A stretch of 24,405 nt of DNA from Aquificota bacterium (GTDB lineage: Bacteria; Aquificota; Aquificia; Aquificales; Hydrogenothermaceae), in the NCBI GenBank assembly GCA_013153795.1, contig JAADDV010000087.1, forward strand, positions 1-24,405, written 5' to 3'. Positions 21,589 to 24,405 of this stretch are shown here, piece by piece. The notes below the pieces were generated by a model. The model saw only the letters and a list, made by a program, of their open reading frames with translations, was not told where the DNA came from and ran no database searches. A program made the position numbers and the translations under genes. The first letter of the stretch is position 1; each line of letters opens with the position of its first letter.

Positions 21589-22618
21589 ATGTGAAATTAT
21601 AACTCCAATGTTTATGTATGGTGGAGATGGACGCACACTAGAACTTCGTCCATCTGAATTTAAAGGAATGCTTCGCTTTTGGTGGAGGGCATTACATCCT
21701 GATTTGTCTCTTAAAGAATTAAAAGAGAAAGAAAATGAAATTTTTGGTAGCACAAATAGAAAAAGTGGTTTTAGGATAGTTATTAAACCAATTAATGAAA
21801 TAAGGAATACAAATAAAAATATTAAACATATTAAATTTGATGACAAACAGATTAGTTTAAGTTACTTATTTTACTCTATGTTTTTAGGAGATAATAAAGA
21901 TAAAGAACATTTTTCACCTAATACAACCTTTGAAATTATTTTCTACTTTAAAGATAAAAATCAAGTTAAGGATATTTTACAAGCATTTTGGCTTTTAATG
22001 TATTTGGGTGGTCTTGGAAGTAGAAATAGAAGAGGTGCAGGAAGTTTTATTTACAATAGAATAATTGATCCTGATAATATTTTATCCTTACTTTATTTCA
22101 AGTTTAGGAATAATTTCAAAAATATTAATGATTTAAAAGAATACTTAATTAGCAATTTAATAAGTTTTGGTATATATCCTTCAAAGGAAATTCAAGATTA
22201 CATAAACTTCAAAGGATTTGAGCTATTTTTAGGAAAGAGAACATCAAGAAACATATGGAAAGCTTTACAATATACACAAGAAATTTTAAAGGAATATGAA
22301 GATAAGAATTGTAAGAAAGCTATCTTAGGGTTACCTAGAAAGAATATAAAAATATTAAAGCTAAACAAAAATAGCAAATTAGATGTTAAAAGAAGTGGTT
22401 CTCCATTATTTTTTAAAGTTTTTAGATTAAATCAAAATGAATATGTATTATTAGCCCTTTTATTTTATAAAGAACTTTTACCTAATGGATTTTCAATAGA
22501 TATATGTGAAAGGACAAATAAGGATTTAAAAGAATACATGAAAGATAGATATAAAAATTTATCTAAATATTTAGTATCAAAAAGTCTAGAAGGAATTATA
22601 GGGGTTAGAAATGGATAA
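21569..22618 (+). CDS. cmr1: Type III-B RAMP protein Cmr1 (likely start ATG 21569; ORF track starts at 21563)
   Basis: IITPMFMYGG, ELRPSEFKGMLRFWWRA, IFGST, LGGLGSRNRRGAGS, LGLP and SPLFFKV. GAGGT RBS at 21556. Confidence 0.9.
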   Translation: MIKLTFECEIITPMFMYGGDGRTLELRPSEFKGMLRFWWRALHPDLSLKELKEKENEIFGSTNRKSGFRIVIKPINEIRNTNKNIKHIKFDDKQISLSYLFYSMFLGDNKDKEHFSPNTTFEIIFYFKDKNQVKDILQAFWLLMYLGGLGSRNRRGAGSFIYNRIIDPDNILSLLYFKFRNNFKNINDLKEYLISNLISFGIYPSKEIQDYINFKGFELFLGKRTSRNIWKALQYTQEILKEYEDKNCKKAILGLPRKNIKILKLNKNSKLDVKRSGSPLFFKVFRLNQNEYVLLALLFYKELLPNGFSIDICERTNKDLKEYMKDRYKNLSKYLVSKSLEGIIGVRNG

Positions 22619-22833
22619 AAATGAATATCTTTTTATTTTTACAATAACGCCAGTTCAAAGCTTTATAGCACAAGCTAGGAAAACAAGAGATTTACATGCA
22701 GGAAGTCGGATTTTATCAGAGTTAATTAAGAAAGCCAATAGAAAGAGCACAAAAATATAATGTAGAAATGATAATGCCTCGTTTAGAAGAGAATGAAGAT
22801 TTAAATAAAATATTTTCTATAACAAATAAGTTT
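22611..22833 (+). pseudogene. cmr2: cmr2/cas10 5' remnant, frameshifted and truncated
   Basis: ATG 22611 gives MDKNEYLFIFTITPVQSFIAQARKTRDLHAGSRILSELIKKA, the Cmr2 N-terminal signature. After a +1 shift near 22737 it reads IERAQKYNVEMIMP...SITNKF (SLPNRF-like). There is no Palm/GGDD domain. Confidence 0.85.
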
Positions 22834-23205
22834 TATGTAAATATGGAAAATCAAGAGCTGTTTGACAGGCTAATAAATTCAGTGCAAAAAAAAGAAAGCT
22901 ACTACACTCTTTCCCTTGGACTTGCAAATCTACTGGCAAACTTTAGATATGTAGGTCTATACGATGCTAAACATGTAGAAGAAGCAACAGAACTTCACTC
23001 TATAGTTTTGGCAGAAAACATAAAAGAGCTTGAAGTAGAAGAGGGCAAACAATATTCAAAAGAAAAACTGCCAATGGATATGAACTCTAATAAAGAAGTT
23101 TTAGCTTATAAAGATGTAGTTATGGAAGTGCAGGGGAAGAGTTTAAGGGGAGTATTTAGAGATTTAGTTCTACTGAATGAGAATAACATAATCTGCATTT
23201 ATTGA
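22834..23205 (+). pseudogene. cas5: 3' half of type I-B cas5, fused in frame to the cmr2 remnant
   Basis: YVNMENQELFDRL...YYTLSLGLANLLANFRYVG...EKLPMDM...Y matches the C-terminal half of Cas5 (I-B/Hmari type). The N-terminal G..GHF/TYxxPP motif is missing. Confidence 0.75.
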
Positions 23206-23214
23206 GGAAAGAAA

Positions 23215-24093
23215 ATGGGGAACTGTGAAAATGCTATGATTCTATCAGCTAAAGTGTGCAAATTTGTAGAAAGTGGTGCTATGGAAGAAAGCATTACTGA
23301 TTATATAATATGGAAAATACAAGAATGGGCACCTCTTGAAGTCTATAGTATAAATATAAAAAAATTTACTCGTATAGAAGAAAATAAAGAAACCGGTGCA
23401 GACTTGGAGATTGTTTTTATTGATTCTGATAAAAATTTATCTTTATCTTTAGTTATACAAGCGAAAGTAACTGTTGAAACTTATAAAAGATACTGTAAAG
23501 AAATAGGAAGAAATGGAGGTTCACAGGTAGAAACCTTAATAAATTATTGTGTTTCAAAAGGAAAAATACCTCTTTATATGTTTTATTCTAATCTAGATGT
23601 AAATATAAACAACTTTTGTTGTAGAAGCTATATATACACTATTGAATGCTATACTTCTGGTTGTATAACTCTTCAATCTGCTTTAAGAGTAAAAAGTGTT
23701 TACAAAAAGAAGTGCCAAAGAAATAAAAAGCTAAGCAAATATGAGCTTACAAATTGGGGAATACTTTTTTCTTGTTTATTTTGTTGTCCAATTACACAGA
23801 GAAATAATCCTAGTCCTATAGAACATCTTTTAGAATTTTTTGAAATTTTTTATCTAGATGTTTTAGAAAAAATAGGAAGAGATAAAATATTAAAGAAAGA
23901 AATACCAGAATATGTTAAAAAGATAATTGACAAAAGTTTGGAAAATGAACTGAAAGAAGTTCTAGAAGGAGAAGAAAATTCTAACAAAAATATAGAAGAT
24001 ACACTAAGAAAATACGGTCTTTTATATAAAAGAGATAATATAAAGTTTTATCCATCAAAGATATTAGTAATAGATTTAAATAAGGAAAGATGA
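23215..24093 (+). CDS. Cys-rich putative PD-(D/E)XK-fold nuclease (DUF6615-like)
   Basis: EESITD(24-29), FTRIEE, GAD63...QAK84, SQVETLI and PLYMFY pattern. The family name is from recall and was not searched. Confidence 0.6.
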   Translation: MGNCENAMILSAKVCKFVESGAMEESITDYIIWKIQEWAPLEVYSINIKKFTRIEENKETGADLEIVFIDSDKNLSLSLVIQAKVTVETYKRYCKEIGRNGGSQVETLINYCVSKGKIPLYMFYSNLDVNINNFCCRSYIYTIECYTSGCITLQSALRVKSVYKKKCQRNKKLSKYELTNWGILFSCLFCCPITQRNNPSPIEHLLEFFEIFYLDVLEKIGRDKILKKEIPEYVKKIIDKSLENELKEVLEGEENSNKNIEDTLRKYGLLYKRDNIKFYPSKILVIDLNKER

Positions 24094-24405
24094 GTCGTTT
24101 TCTTCTCTCCCATCCCAATAAACCAATGCACATTCACATAACAAATGTGTGGAAAACGGCCGTCTCTTTTTTTGAGAAAGAAGGGATAAATGATGAGATT
24201 TTAAAAGATATTTTAACGATTATCACATTTGCCCATGATTTTGGAAAAGCTACAGATTATTTTCAGCAGTATATAAAAGGCGATAAATCTTTAAAAAACA
24301 AACCAGAAACCAGACACGCCCATATTGGGGGATTGTTAGGATTTTATTTAGTTGAAAAATATTTAGAAAGTAAAAATATAGACAATCTTTTCTTATTTAA
24401 ATCTA
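24090..24405 (+). CDS. cas3: Cas3, N-terminal HD nuclease domain (runs off window; absent from ORF track)
   Basis: MSRFLLSHPNKPMHIHITNV...AHDFGKATDYFQQYI...ETRHAHIGG, open to the window end. ATGA overlap with the upstream gene. Confidence 0.88.
   Translation, partial: MSRFLLSHPNKPMHIHITNVWKTAVSFFEKEGINDEILKDILTIITFAHDFGKATDYFQQYIKGDKSLKNKPETRHAHIGGLLGFYLVEKYLESKNIDNLFLFKS

Noticed and set aside
21520-21846. 108-aa minus-strand ORF
   Set aside because: Antisense shadow of cas6/cmr1.
22768-23205. Treating the 145-aa ORF as an intact novel gene
   Set aside because: Its 5' part continues the frameshifted cmr2 and its 3' part is a Cas5 C-terminal half, so it is a chimera.
20080-24405. An intact CRISPR array, cas1/cas2/cas4, tRNA or rRNA genes
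   Set aside because: None is visible in this window. They may lie beyond its right edge.

Overview
An AT-rich bacterial chromosomal segment. Its housekeeping proteins resemble those of thermophilic Aquificota (Hydrogenothermaceae-like); this is an inference from protein style, not a database search. Bases 1-20079 are mostly ordinary. They hold a minus-strand SDR/MBL-hydrolase/thiO/aminotransferase run and a phosphate-uptake locus (OprO/P-like porin, pstS, pstC, pstA, then a D-2-hydroxyacid dehydrogenase where pstB usually sits) with two matching Pho-box-like operators. These are followed by moeA, pycA-eno-ftsB-HAD, ccsA, lepA, an AEC transporter and trmFO. From about 20100 to the window end is a decaying hybrid CRISPR-Cas locus. 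It begins with a leader-like palindrome-rich tract, a degenerate CRISPR-repeat relic ending in ATTGCGAC, and a 26-bp operator-like palindrome. Then come cas6, cmr1, a frameshifted cmr2/cas10 5' stub joined in frame to the 3' half of a type I-B cas5, a Cys-rich PD-(D/E)XK-like (DUF6615-like) putative nuclease, and the start of cas3. The most notable items are the putative nuclease translationally coupled inside the cas operon and the cas10::cas5 deletion chimera. No homology search was possible, so all family calls rest on motif recognition.
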